Below are positions 25,501-39,600 of a stretch of DNA of 64,000 nucleotides, in pieces. The stretch comes from Eledone cirrhosa. Taxonomy: Eukaryota. The position numbers were made by a program, and so were the translations under genes. The notes beneath the pieces were generated by a model that did not search any database, was not told the DNA's origin, and was given only the letters and a program-made list of their open reading frames with translations. How positions within the stretch are numbered: position 1 is the first letter of the stretch; the number at the start of each line of letters is the position of its first letter. Location of the stretch: assembly GCA_964016885.1 (NCBI GenBank), contig OZ024741.1, positions 259,532,001 through 259,596,000 on the forward strand, in the 5' to 3' direction.

Positions 25501-28500
25501 AACAACATAAGTAAAAACACTCGTAAGTCGAAACACCCATAAGTCGAAACACTCGTAAGCCGAAACACTCGTAAGTCGAAACACTCATAAGCCGAAACAC
25601 TCGTAAGTCGGAACACTCGTAAATCAGAACACCCGCAAGTCAGAACACTCGTAAATCAGAACACTCTTAAGTCGAAACTCACGTACGCCGAAACACTCGT
25701 AAGTCGAAACACTCGTAAGTCGAAACATCCTTAAGTCGAAACACTCGTACACCGAAACACTCGTAAGTATAAACATTAGTAAGTCGAAACACTCGTATGT
25801 CGAAACACTCGTAAACCGAAACACTCGTAAGTCGGAACACTCGTAAGTCAGAACACTCGTAAGTCAGAACACTCGTAATTCGAAACACTCATAAGTCGAA
25901 ACACTCGTAAGTCGAAACACTCGTAAGTCGGAACACTCGTAAGTCGGAACACTCGTAAGTCAGAACACTCGTAAGTCAGAACACTCGTAAGTCAGAACAC
26001 TCGTAAGTCAGAACACTCGTAAGTCGAAACACTCGTATCGAAACACTCGTATGTCAAAACACCCGTAAGTCAAAACACTCGTAAGTCGAAACACTCGTAA
26101 GTCGAAACATTCGTATGTCGAAACATCCGTAAATCAGAACACTCGTAAGTCGAAACACTCGTAAGTCGAAACACTCGTAAGCCGAAACACTCGTAAGTCG
26201 AAGCACTCGTATCGAAACACTCGTAAGTCGAAACACCCTTAAGTCAAAACACTCGTAAGCCAAAACACTCGTAAGTCGAAACACTCGTAAGTCGGAACAC
26301 TCGTAAGTCAGAACACTCGTAAGTCAGAACACTCGTAAGTGGAAACACGCGTAAGTCGAAACACTCATAAGTCGAAACACTCGTAAGTCGAAACACCCGT
26401 AAGTCGAAACACCCGTAAGTCGAAACACTCGTATGTCGAATAACTCGTAAGCCGAAACACCGTAAGTCAAAACACTCGTAAGTCGAAACACTCGTAAGTC
26501 GAAACACCCATAAGCCGAAACACTCGTAAGCCAAAACATTCGTAAGTCGAAACACTCGTAAACCGAAACACTCGTAAGCCAAAACATTCGTAAGTCGAAA
26601 CACTCGTAAGTCGAAACACCCATAGCCGAAACACTCGTAAGTCTGAACACACGTAAGTCAGAACAGCCGTAAGTCAGAACACTCGTAAGTCAGAACACTC
26701 GTAAGTCAGAACACTCGTAAGTCAGAGCACTCGTATCGAAACACTCGTATGTCAAAACACCCGTAAGTCAAAACACTCGTAAGTCGAAACACTCGTAAGT
26801 CGAAACACTCGTATGTCGAAACATCCGTAAATCAGAACACTCGTAAGTCGAAACACTCGTAAGTCGAAACACTCGTAAGCCGAAACACTCGTAAGTCGAA
26901 GCACTCGTATCGAAACACTCGTAAGTCGAAACACCCTTAAGTCAAAACACTCGTAAGCCAAAACACTCGTAAGTCGAAACACTCGTAAGTCGGAACACTC
27001 GTAAGTCAGAACACTCGTAAGTCAGAACACTCGTAAGTGGAAACAGGCGTAAGTCGAAAGACCCGTAAGTCAAAAATCTCGTAAGTCAAAACACTCGTAA
27101 GCCGAAACACTCGTAAGTCGAAACACTCGTAAGTCGAAACACCCGTAAGTCGGAACACTCGTAAGTCAGAATACTCGTAAGTCAAAACACTCGTAAACCG
27201 GAACACCCGTAAGGCAAAACATTCGCATGTCGAAACACTCGTAAGTCGAAACACACGTAAGTCGAAACACTCGTAAGTCGAAACACTCGTAAGTCAGTGC
27301 ACCCGTAAGTCAGAACACTCGTAGTCAGAATACTCGTAAGTCGAAACACTCGTATGTCGAAACACCCGTAAGTCGAAACATCCGTAAGTCAAAACACTCG
27401 TATGTCGAAACACTCGTAAGCCGAAACACTCATAAGTCGAAACACTCGTAAGCCGAAACACCCGTAAGTCAAAACATTCGTAAGTCAAAACACTCGTAAG
27501 TCGAAACACCCGTAAGTCAAAACACTCGTATGTCGAAACACTCGTAAGCCGAAACAACGTAAGTAAAAACACTCGTAAGTCGAAACACCCATAAGTCGAA
27601 ACACTCGTAAGCCGAAACACTCGTAAGTCGAAACACTCATAAGCCGAAACACTCGTAAGTCGGAACACTCGTAAATCAGAACACCCGCAAGTCAGAACAC
27701 TCGTAAATCAGAACACTCTTAAGTCGAAACTCACGTACGCTGAAACACTCGTAAGTCGAAACATCCTTAAGTCGAAACACTCGTACACCGAAACACTCGT
27801 AAGTATAAACATTAGTAAGTCGAAACACTCGTAAGCCGAAACACTCGTAAGTCGAAACACCCGTAAATCGAAACACCCGTAAGTCAAAATACTCGTATGT
27901 CGAAACACTCGTAAACCGAAACACTCGTAAGTCGGAACACTCGTAAGTCAGAACACTCGTAAGTCAGAACACTCGTAAGTCGAAACACTCATAAGTCGAA
28001 ACACTCGTAAGTCGAAACACCCGTAAGTCGAAACCCCCGTAAGTCGAAACACTCGTATGTCGAATAACTCGTAAGCCGAAACACCGTAAGTCAAAACACT
28101 CGTAAGTCAAAACACTCGTAAGTCGAAACACCCATAAGCCGAAACACTCGTAAGCCAAAACATTCGTAAGTCGAAACACTCGTAAACCGAAACACTCGTA
28201 AGCCAAAACATTCGTAAGTCAAAACACTCGTAAGTCGAAACACCCATAGCCGAAACACTCGTAAGTCGGAACACACGTAAGTCAGAACACCCGTAAGTCA
28301 GAACACTCGTAAGTCAGAACACTCGTAAGTCAGAGCACTCGTATCGAAACACTCGTATGTCAAAACACCCGTAAGTCAAAACACTCGTAAGTCGAAACAC
28401 TCGTAAGCCGAAACACCGTAAGCCAAAACACTCGTAAGTCGAAACACCCGTAAGTCGGAACACTCGTAAGTCGAAACACTCGTAAGTCGAAACACTCGTA

Positions 28501-28773
28501 AGCCGAAACACTCGTAAGCCGAAACACTCGTAAGTCGGAACACTCGTAAGTCGGAACACTCGTAAGTCAGAACACTCGTAAGTCAGAACACTCGTAAGTC
28601 AGAACACTCGTAAGTCAGAATACTCGTAAGTCGAAACACCCGTAAGTCGAAACACCCGTAAGTCGAAACACTCGTATGTCGAATAACTTGTAAGCCGAAA
28701 CACCGTAAGTCAAAACACTCGTAAGTCGAAACACTCGTAAGCCGAAACACCCGTAAGTCAAAACATTCGTAAG
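22554..28773 (+). repeat. HOR unit Y, copy 1 (6,220 bp, no island)
   Basis: Recurs at 36610 (22745/36801, 24113/38169) and 46796; contains rare variants such as CACCAGTAAG and GTCAGTTAAAAC. Confidence 0.9.
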
Positions 28774-31700
28774 TCAAAACACTCGTAAGTCGAAACACTC
28801 GTAAGTCGAAACACTCGTAAGCCGAAACAATCGTAAGTCAAAACACTCGTAAGTCGAAACACTCGTAAGCCGAAAATACTCGTAAGTCGGAACACCCGTA
28901 AGCCGAAACCCTCGTAGGTCGGAACACTCGTAAGTCGAAACACTCGTAAGTCGAAACACCCGTAAGTCGAAACACTCGTAAGTCGAAACACCCGTAAGTC
29001 GAAACATCCGTAAGTCAAAACACTCGTATGTCGAAACACTCGTAAGCCGAAACACTCGTAAGTCGGAACACTCGCAAGTCAGAACACTCGTAAGTCAGAA
29101 CACTCGTAAGTCAGAACACTCGTAAGTCGAAACATTCGTAAGTCGAAACACCCGTAAGTCGAAACGCCCGTAAGTCAAAACACTCGTATGTCAAAACACT
29201 CGCAAGCCGAAAAACCGTAAGTCAAAACACTCGTAAGTCGAAACACTCGTAAATCGAAACACTCGTAAGCCGAAACACTCGTAAGCGAAAAAATTCGTTA
29301 GTCGAAACACTCGTAACCCGAAACACTCGTAAGTCGAAACACTCGAAAGCCGAAACACTCGTAAGTCGAAACACTCATAAGCCGAAACACTCGTAAGTCG
29401 GAACACTCGTAAGTCAGAACACCCGTAAATCAGAACACTCGTAGTCAGAACACTCGTAAGTCGAAACACTCGTAAGCCGAAACACTCGCAAGTCGAAGCA
29501 CTCGTAATCCGAAACACTCTTAAGTCGAAACACTCGTAAGTCGGAACACTCGTAAGTCAGAACACTCGTAAGTCAGAACACTCGTAAGTCGAAACACTCG
29601 TAAGCCGAAACATCCGTAAGTCAAAACATCCGTAAGTCAAAACATTCGTAAGTCGAAACACCCGTAGTCGAAACACTCGCAAGTCGAAACACTCGTAAGT
29701 CGAAACACGCGTAAGTCGAAACACATGTAAGTCAAAACACTCGTAAGTCAAAACACTCGTAAGCCGAAACACTCGTAAGTCGAAACACTCGTAAGTCGAA
29801 ACACTCGTAAAGCGAAACGTATAAATAAATATTAATGTAATGAATTTGAAAAGCATAGAGATTTGAAACCGCGTCTATTTGTTATTTTCGTAAGTCGAAA
29901 CACTCGTAAGCCGAAACACTCGTGAGCCGAAACACTCGTAAGTCGGAACACTCGTAAGTCAGAACACTCGTAAGTCAGAACACTCGTAAGTTAGAACACT
30001 CGTAAGTCAGAACACTCGTAAGTCAGAACACTCGTAAGTCGAAACACTCGTATCGAAACACTCGTATGTCAAAACACCCGTAAGTCAAAACACTCGTAAG
30101 TCGAAACACTCGTAAGTCGAAACACTCGTAAGCCGAAACACTCGTAAGCCGAAACACTCGTAAGTCGGAACACTCGTAAGTCAGAACACTCATAAGTCAG
30201 AACACTCGTAAGTCAGAACACTCGTAAGTCGAAACACTCGTAAGCCGAAACACCGTAAGTCGAAACACCCGTATGTCGAAACACTCGTAAGCCGAAACAC
30301 TCTTAAGTCGAAACACTCATAAGCCGAAACACTCGTAAGTCGGAACACTCGTAAATCAGAACACCCGCAAGTCAGAACACTCGTAAATCAGAACACTCTT
30401 AAGTCGAAACTTACGTACGCCGAAACAATCGTAAGTCGAAACACTCGTAAGTCGAAACATCCTTAAGTCGAAACACTCGTACACCGAAACACTCGTAAGT
30501 ATAAACATTAGTAAGTCGAAACACTCGTATGTCGAAACACTCGTAAACCGAAACACTCGTAAGTCGGAACACTCGTAAGTCAGAACACTCGTAAGTCAGA
30601 ACACTCGTAAGTCGAAACACTCATAAGTCGAAACACCCGTAAGTCGAAACACTCGTATGTCGAATAACTCGTAAGCCGAAACACCGTAAGTCAAAACACT
30701 CGTAAGTAGAAACACTCGTAAGTCGAAACACCCATAAGCCGAAACACTCGTAAGCCAAAACATTCGTAAGTCGAAACACTCGTAAACCGAAACACTCGTA
30801 AGCCAAAACATTCGTATGTCGAAACACTCGTAAGTCGAAACACCCATAGCCGAAACACTTGTAAGTCTGAACACACGTAAGTCAGAACACCCGTAAGTCA
30901 GAACACTCGTAAGTCAGAACACTCGTAAGTCAGAACACTCGTAAGTCAGAACACTCGTAAGTCAGAGCACTCGTATCGAAACACTCGTATGTCAAAACAC
31001 CCGTAAGTCAAAACACTCGTAAGTCGAAACACTCGTAAGCCGAAACACCGTAAGCCAAAACACTCGTAAGTCGAAACACCCCTAAGTCGGAACACTCGTA
31101 AGTCGAAACACTCGTAAGTCGAAACACTCGTAAGCCGAAACACTCGTAAGCCGAAACACTCGTAAGTCGGAACACTCGTAAGTCGGAACACTCGTAAGTC
31201 AGAACACTCGTAAGTCAGAACACTCGTAAGTCAGAACACTCGTAAGTCAGAACACTCGTAAGTCGAAACACTCGTATCGAAACACTCGTATGTCAAAACA
31301 CCCGTAAGTCAAAACACTCGTAAGTCGAAACACTCGTAAGTCGAAACATTCGTAAGTCGAAACATCCGTAAATCAGAACACTCTTAAGTCGAAACACTCG
31401 TAAGTCGAAACACTCGTAAGCCGAAACACTCGTAAGTCGAAGCACTCGTATCGAAACACTCGTAAGTCGAAACACCCTTAAGTCAAAACACTCGTAAGCC
31501 AAAACACTCGTAAGTCGAAACACTCGTAAGTCGGAACACTCGTAAGTCAGAACACTCGTAAGTCAGAACACTCGTAAGTGGAAACACGCGTAAGTCGAAA
31601 CACTCATAAGTCGAAACACTCGTATGTCGAATAACTCGTAAGCCGAAACACCGTAAGTCAAAACACTCGTAAGTCGAAACACTCGTAAGTCGAAACACCC

Positions 31701-32707
31701 ATAAGCCGAAACACTCGTAAGCCAAAACATTCGTAAGTCGAAACACTCGTAAACCGAAACACTCGTAAGCCAAAACATTCGTATGTCGAAACACTCGTAA
31801 GTCGAAACACCCATAGCCGAAACACTCGTAAGTCTGAACACACGTAAGTCAGAACAGCCGTAAGTCAGAACACTCGTAAGTCAGAACACTCGTAAGTCAG
31901 AACACTCGTAAGTCAGAGCACTGGTATCGAAACACTCGTATGTCAAAACACCCGTAAGTCAAAACACTCGTAAGTCGAAACACTCGTAAGTCGAAACACT
32001 CGTATGTCGAAACATCCGTAAATCAGAACACTCGTAAGTCGAAACACTCGTAAGTCGAAACACTCGTAAGCCGAAACACTCGTAAGTCGAAGCACTCGTA
32101 TCGAAACACTCGTAAGTCGAAACACCCTTAAGTCAAAACACTCGTAAGCCAAAACACTCGTAAGTCGAAACACTCGTAAGTCGGAACACTCGTAAGTCAG
32201 AACACTCGTAAGTCAGAACACTCGTAAGTGGAAACACGCGTAAGTCGAAAGACCCGTAAGTCAAAAATCTCGTAAGTCAAAACACTCGTAAGCCGAAACA
32301 CTCGTAAGTCGAAACACTCGTAAGTCGAAACACCCGTAAGTCGGAACACTCGTAAGTCAGAATACTCGTAAGTCAAAACACTCGTAAACCGGAACACCCG
32401 TAAGGCAAAACATTCGCATGTCAAAACACTCGTAAGTCGAAACACTCGTAAGCCGAAACACTCGTAAGTCGAAACACTCGTAAGTCGAAACACTCGTAAG
32501 TCGAAACACTCGTAAGTCAGTGCACCCGTAAGTCAGAACACTCGTAGTCAGAATACTCGTAAGTCGAAACACTCGTATGTCGAAACACCCGTAAGTCGAA
32601 ACATCCGTAAGTCAAAACACTCGTATGTCGAAACACTCGTAAGCCGAAACACTCATAAGTCGAAACACTCGTAAGCCGAAACACCCGTAAGTCAAAACAT
32701 TCGTAAG
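28774..32707 (+). repeat. HOR unit X, copy 3 (3,934 bp)
   Basis: Offset 14,088 from copy 1; shares the CACTGGTATC SNP (17835/31923). Confidence 0.92.
29811..29887. repeat. 77-bp island, type A
   Basis: Matches 4225-4301. Confidence 0.95.
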
Positions 32708-35700
32708 TCAAAACACTCGTAAGTCGAAACACTCGTAAGTCGAAACACTCGTAAGCCGAAACAATCGTAAGTCAAAACACTCGTAAGTCGAAACACTCGT
32801 AAGCCGAAAATACTCGTAAGTCGGAACACCCGTAAGCCGAAACCCTCGTAGGTCGGAACACTCGTAAGTCGAAACACTCGTAAGTCGAAACACCCGTAAG
32901 TCGAAACACTCGTAAGTCGAAACACCCGTAAGTCGAAACATCCGTAAGTCAAAACACTCGTATGTCGAAACACTCGTAAGCCGAAACACTCGTAAGTCGG
33001 AACACTCGCAAGTCAGAACACTCGTAAGTCAGAACACTCGTAAGTCAGAACACTCGTAAGTCGAAACATTCGTAAGTCGAAACACCCGTAAGTCGAAACG
33101 CCCGTAAGTCAAAACACTCGTATGTCAAAACACTCGCAAGCCGAAAAACCGTAAGTCAAAACACTCGTAAGTCGAAACACTCGTAAATCGAAACACTCGT
33201 AAGCCGAAACACTCGTAAGCGAAAAAATTCGTTAGTCGAAACACTCGTAACCCGAAACACTCGTAAGTCGAAACACTCGAAAGCCGAAACACTCGTAAGT
33301 CGAAACACTCATAAGCCGAAACACTCGTAAGTCGGAACACTCGTAAGTCAGAACACCCGTAAATCAGAACACTCGTAGTCAGAACACTCGTAAGTCGAAA
33401 CACTCGTAAGCCGAAACACTCGCAAGTCGAAGCACTCGTAATCCGAAACACTCTTAAGTCGAAACACTCGTAAGTCGGAACACTCGTAAGTCAGAACACT
33501 CGTAAGTCAGAACACTCGTAAGTCGAAACACTCGTAAGCCGAAACATCCGTAAGTCAAAACATCCGTAAGTCAAAACATTCGTAAGTCGAAACACCCGTA
33601 GTCGAAACACTCGCAAGTCGAAACACTCGTAAGTCGAAACACGCGTAAGTCGAAACACATGTAAGTCAAAACACTCGTAAGTCAAAACACTCGTAAGCCG
33701 AAACACTCGTAAGTCGAAACACTCGTAAGTCGAAACACTCGTAAAGCGAAACGTATAAATAAATATTAATGTAATGAATTTGAAAAGCATAGAGATTTGA
33801 AACCGCGTCTATTTGTTATTTTCGTAAGTCGAAACACTCGTAAGCCGAAACACTCGTGAGCCGAAACACTCGTAAGTCGGAACACTCGTAAGTCAGAACA
33901 CTCGTAAGTCAGAACACTCGTAAGTTAGAACACTCGTAAGTCAGAACACTCGTAAGTCAGAACACTCGTAAGTCGAAACACTCGTATCGAAACACTCGTA
34001 TGTCAAAACACCCGTAAGTCAAAACACTCGTAAGTCGAAACACTCGTAAGTCGAAACACTCGTAAGCCGAAACACTCGTAAGCCGAAACACTCGTAAGTC
34101 GGAACACTCGTAAGTCAGAACACTCATAAGTCAGAACACTCGTAAGTCAGAACACTCGTAAGTCGAAACACTCGTAAGCCGAAACACCGTAAGTCGAAAC
34201 ACCCGTATGTCGAAACACTCGTAAGCCGAAACACTCTTAAGTCGAAACACTCATAAGCCGAAACACTCGTAAGTCGGAACACTCGTAAATCAGAACACCC
34301 GCAAGTCAGAACACTCGTAAATCAGAACACTCTTAAGTCGAAACTTACGTACGCCGAAACAATCGTAAGTCGAAACACTCGTAAGTCGAAACATCCTTAA
34401 GTCGAAACACTCGTACACCGAAACACTCGTAAGTATAAACATTAGTAAGTCGAAACACTCGTATGTCGAAACACTCGTAAACCGAAACACTCGTAAGTCG
34501 GAACACTCGTAAGTCAGAACACTCGTAAGTCAGAACACTCGTAAGTCGAAACACTCATAAGTCGAAACACCCGTAAGTCGAAACACTCGTATGTCGAATA
34601 ACTCGTAAGCCGAAACACCGTAAGTCAAAACACTCGTAAGTAGAAACACTCGTAAGTCGAAACACCCATAAGCCGAAACACTCGTAAGCCAAAACATTCG
34701 TAAGTCGAAACACTCGTAAACCGAAACACTCGTAAGCCAAAACATTCGTATGTCGAAACACTCGTAAGTCGAAACACCCATAGCCGAAACACTTGTAAGT
34801 CTGAACACACGTAAGTCAGAACACCCGTAAGTCAGAACACTCGTAAGTCAGAACACTCGTAAGTCAGAGCACTCGTATCGAAACACTCGTATGTCAAAAC
34901 ACCCGTAAGTCAAAACACTCGTAAGTCGAAACACTCGTAAGCCGAAACACCGTAAGCCAAAACACTCGTAAGTCGAAACACCCCTAAGTCGGAACACTCG
35001 TAAGTCGAAACACTCGTAAGTCGAAACACTCGTAAGCCGAAACACTCGTAAGCCGAAACACTCGTAAGTCGGAACACTCGTAAGTCGGAACACTCGTAAG
35101 TCAGAACACTCGTAAGTCAGAACACTCGTAAGTCAGAACACTCGTAAGTCAGAACACTCGTAAGTCGAAACACTCGTATCGAAACACTCGTATGTCAAAA
35201 CACCCGTAAGTCAAAACACTCGTAAGTCGAAACACTCGTAAGTCGAAACATTCGTAAGTCGAAACATCCGTAAATCAGAACACTCTTAAGTCGAAACACT
35301 CGTAAGTCGAAACACTCGTAAGCCGAAACACTCGTAAGTCGAAGCACTCGTATCGAAACACTCGTAAGTCGAAACACCCTTAAGTCAAAACACTCGTAAG
35401 CCAAAACACTCGTAAGTCGAAACACTCGTAAGTCGGAACACTCGTAAGTCAGAACACTCGTAAGTCAGAACACTCGTAAGTGGAAACACGCGTAAGTCGA
35501 AACACTCATAAGTCGAAACACTCGTATGTCGAATAACTCGTAAGCCGAAACACCGTAAGTCAAAACACTCGTAAGTCGAAACACTCGTAAGTCGAAACAC
35601 CCATAAGCCGAAACACTCGTAAGCCAAAACATTCGTAAGTCGAAACACTCGTAAACCGAAACACTCGTAAGCCAAAACATTCGTATGTCGAAACACTCGT

Positions 35701-36609
35701 AAGTCGAAACACCCATAGCCGAAACACTCGTAAGTCTGAACACACGTAAGTCAGAACAGCCGTAAGTCAGAACACTCGTAAGTCAGAACACTCGTAAGTC
35801 AGAACACTCGTAAGTCAGAGCACTCGTATCGAAACACTCGTATGTCAAAACACCCGTAAGTCAAAACACTCGTAAGTCGAAACACTCGTAAGTCGAAACA
35901 CTCGTATGTCGAAACATCCGTAAATCAGAACACTCGTAAGTCGAAACACTCGTAAGTCGAAACACTCGTAAGCCGAAACACTCGTAAGTCGAAGCACTCG
36001 TATCGAAACACTCGTAAGTCGAAACACCCTTAAGTCAAAACACTCGTAAGCCAAAACACTCGTAAGTCGAAACACTCGTAAGTCGGAACACTCGTAAGTC
36101 AGAACACTCGTAAGTCAGAACACTCGTAAGTGGAAACACGCGTAAGTCGAAAGACCCGTAAGTCAAAAATCTCGTAAGTCAAAACACTCGTAAGCCGAAA
36201 CACTCGTAAGTCGAAACACTCGTAAGTCGAAACACCCGTAAGTCGGAACACTCGTAAGTCAGAATACTCGTAAGTCAAAACACTCGTAAACCGGAACACC
36301 CGTAAGGCAAAACATTCGCATGTCAAAACACTCGTAAGTCGAAACACTCGTAAGCCGAAACACTCGTAAGTCGAAACACTCGTAAGTCGAAACACTCGTA
36401 AGTCGAAACACTCGTAAGTCAGTGCACCCGTAAGTCAGAACACTCGTAGTCAGAATACTCGTAAGTCGAAACACTCGTATGTCGAAACACCCGTAAGTCG
36501 AAACATCCGTAAGTCAAAACACTCGTATGTCGAAACACTCGTAAGCCGAAACACTCATAAGTCGAAACACTCGTAAGCCGAAACACCCGTAAGTCAAAAC
36601 ATTCGTAAG
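32708..36609 (+). repeat. HOR unit X, copy 4 (3,902 bp; two monomers shorter)
   Basis: Offset to copy 2 changes from 14,088 to 14,056 across the TCAGAA run near 34830. Confidence 0.9.
33745..33821. repeat. 77-bp island, type A
   Basis: Matches 4225-4301. Confidence 0.95.
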
Positions 36610-39600
36610 TCAAAACACTCGTAAGTCGAAACACCCGTAAGTCAAAACACTCGTATGTCGAAACACTCGTAAGCCGAAACAACGTAAGTAAAAACACTCG
36701 TAAGTCGAAACACCCATAAGTCGAAACACTCGTAAGCCGAAACACTCGTAAGTCGAAACACTCATAAGCCGAAACACTCGTAAGTCGGAACACTCGTAAA
36801 TCAGAACACCCGCAAGTCAGAACACTCGTAAATCAGAACACTCTTAAGTCGAAACTCACGTACGCTGAAACACTCGTAAGTCGAAACACTCGTAAGTCGA
36901 AACATCCTTAAGTCGAAACACTCGTACACCGAAACACTCGTAAGTATAAACATTAGTAAGTCGAAACACTCGAAAGCCGAAACACTCGTAAGTCGAAACA
37001 CCCGTAAATCGAAACACCCGTAAGTCAAAACACTCGTATGTCGAAACACTCGTAAACCGAAACACTCGTAAGTCGGAACACTCGTAAGTCAGAACACTCG
37101 TAAGTCAGAACACTCGTAAGTCGAAACACTCATAAGTCGAAACACTCGTAAGTCGAAACACCCGTAAGTCGAAACCCCCGTAAGTCGAAACACTCGTATG
37201 TCGAATAACTCGTAAGCTGAAACACCGTAACTCAAAACACTCGTAAGTCAAAACACTCGTAAGTCGAAACACCCATAAGCCGAAACACTCGTAAGCCAAA
37301 ACATTCGTAAGTCGAAACACCCGTAAGTCGGAACACTCGTAAGTCGAAACACTCGTAAGTCGAAACACTCGTAAGCCCAAACACTCGTAAGCCGAAACAC
37401 TCGTAAGTCGGAACACTCGTAAGTCGGAACACTCGTAAGTCAGAACACTCGTAAGTCAGAACACTCGTAAGTCAGAACACTCGTAAGTCAGAATACTCGT
37501 AAGTCGAAACACCCGTAAGTCGAAACACCCGTAAGTCGAAACACTCGTATGTCGAATAACTCGTAAGCCGAAACACCGTAAGTCAAAACACTCGTAAGTC
37601 GAAACACTCGTAAGTCGAAACACCCATAAGCCGAAACACTCGTAAGCCAAAACATTCGTAAGTCGAAACACTCGTAAACCGAAACACTCGTAAGCCAAAA
37701 CATTCGTAAGTCGAAACACTCGTAAGTCGAAACACCCATAGCCGAAATACTTGTAAGTCTGAACACACGTAAGTCAGAACACCCGTAAGTCAGAACACTC
37801 GTAAGTCAGAACACTCGTAAGTCAGAACACTCGTAAGTCAGAGCACTCGTATCGAAACACTCGTATGTCAAAACACCCGTAAGTCAAAACACTCGTAAGT
37901 CGAAACACTCGTAAGCCGAAACACCGTAAGCCAAAACACTCGTAAGTCGAAACACCCGTAAGTCGGAACACTCGTAAGTCGAAACACTCGTAAGTCGAAA
38001 CACTCGTAAGCCGAAACACTCGTAAGCCGAAACACTCGTAAGTCGGAACACTCGTAAGTCGGAACACTCGTAAGTCAGAACACTCGTAAGTCAGAACACT
38101 CGTAAGTCAGAACACTCGTAAGTCAGAACACTCGTAAGTCGAAACACTCGTATCGAAACACTCGTATGTCAAAACACCAGTAAGTCGAAACACTCGTATC
38201 GAAACACTCGTATGTCAAAACACCAGTAAGTCAAAACACTCGTAAGTCGAAACACTCGTAAGCCGAAACACCGTAAGTCGAAACACCCGTATGTCGAAAC
38301 ACTCGTAAGCCGAAACACTCGTAAGTCGAAACACTCGTAGTCGAAACACTCGTAAGTCGAAACACCCGTAAGTCGAAACACTCGTAAGTCGAAACACTCG
38401 TAAGCCGAAACACTCGTAAGTCGAAACACTCATAAGCCGAAACACTCGTAAGTCGAAACACTCGTAAGTCAGAACACTCGTAGTCAGAACACTCGTAAGT
38501 CAAACCACTCGTAAGCCGAAACACTCGTAAGTCGAAACACTCGTAAGTGGAAACACTCGTAAGTCGAAAAACTCGTAAGCCGGAACACTCGTAAGTCAGA
38601 ACACTCGTAAGTCAGAACACTCGTAAGTCGAAACACTCGTAAGCCGAAACACCCGTAAGTCGAAACATTCGTAAGTCGAAACACCCGTAAGTCGAAACAC
38701 TCGTAAGTCGAAACACTCGTAAGTCGAAACACCGTAAGTCAAAACACTCGTATGTCGAAACATCCGTAAATCAGAACACTCCTAAGTCAAAACACTCGTA
38801 AGTCGAAACACTCGTAAGTCAAAAATACTCGTAAGTCGAAACACCCTTAAGTAAAAACACTCGTAAGTCGAAACACTCGTAAGCCGAAACACCCGTCAGT
38901 TAAAACACCCGTAAGTCGAAACACTCGTAAGTCAAAACTCTCGTACGCCGAAACACTCGTAAGTAAAAACATTAGTAAGTCGAAACACTCGTAAGCCGAA
39001 ACACTCATAAGTCGAAACACTCGTAAGCCGAAACACCCGTAAGTCAAAACATTCGTAAGTCAAAACACTCGTAAGTCGAAACACCCGTAAGTCGAAACAC
39101 TCGTATGTCGAAACACTCGTAAGCCGAAACACCGTAAGTAAAAACACTCGTAAGTCGAAACACCCACAAGTCGAAACACTCGTAAGCCGAAACACTCGTA
39201 AGTCGAAACACTCATAAGCCGAAACACTCGTAAGTCGGAACACTCGTAAATCAGAACACCCGCAAGTCAGAACACTCGTATCGAAACACTCGTATGTCAA
39301 AACACCCGTAAGTCAAAACACTCGTAAGTCGAAACACTCGTAAGCCGAAACACCGTAAGTAAAAAAACTCGTAAGTCGAAATACTCGTAAGTCGAAACAC
39401 TCGTAAGCCGAAACAATCGTAATTCAAAACACTCGTAAGTCGAAACACTCGTAAGCCGAAACAATCGTAAGTCGAAACATTCGTAAGCCGAAAATACTCG
39501 TAAGTCGGAACACCCGTAAGCCGAAACACTCGTATGTCGAAACACTCGTAAGCCGAAACAACATAAGTAAAAACACTCGTAAGTCGAAACACCCATAAGT

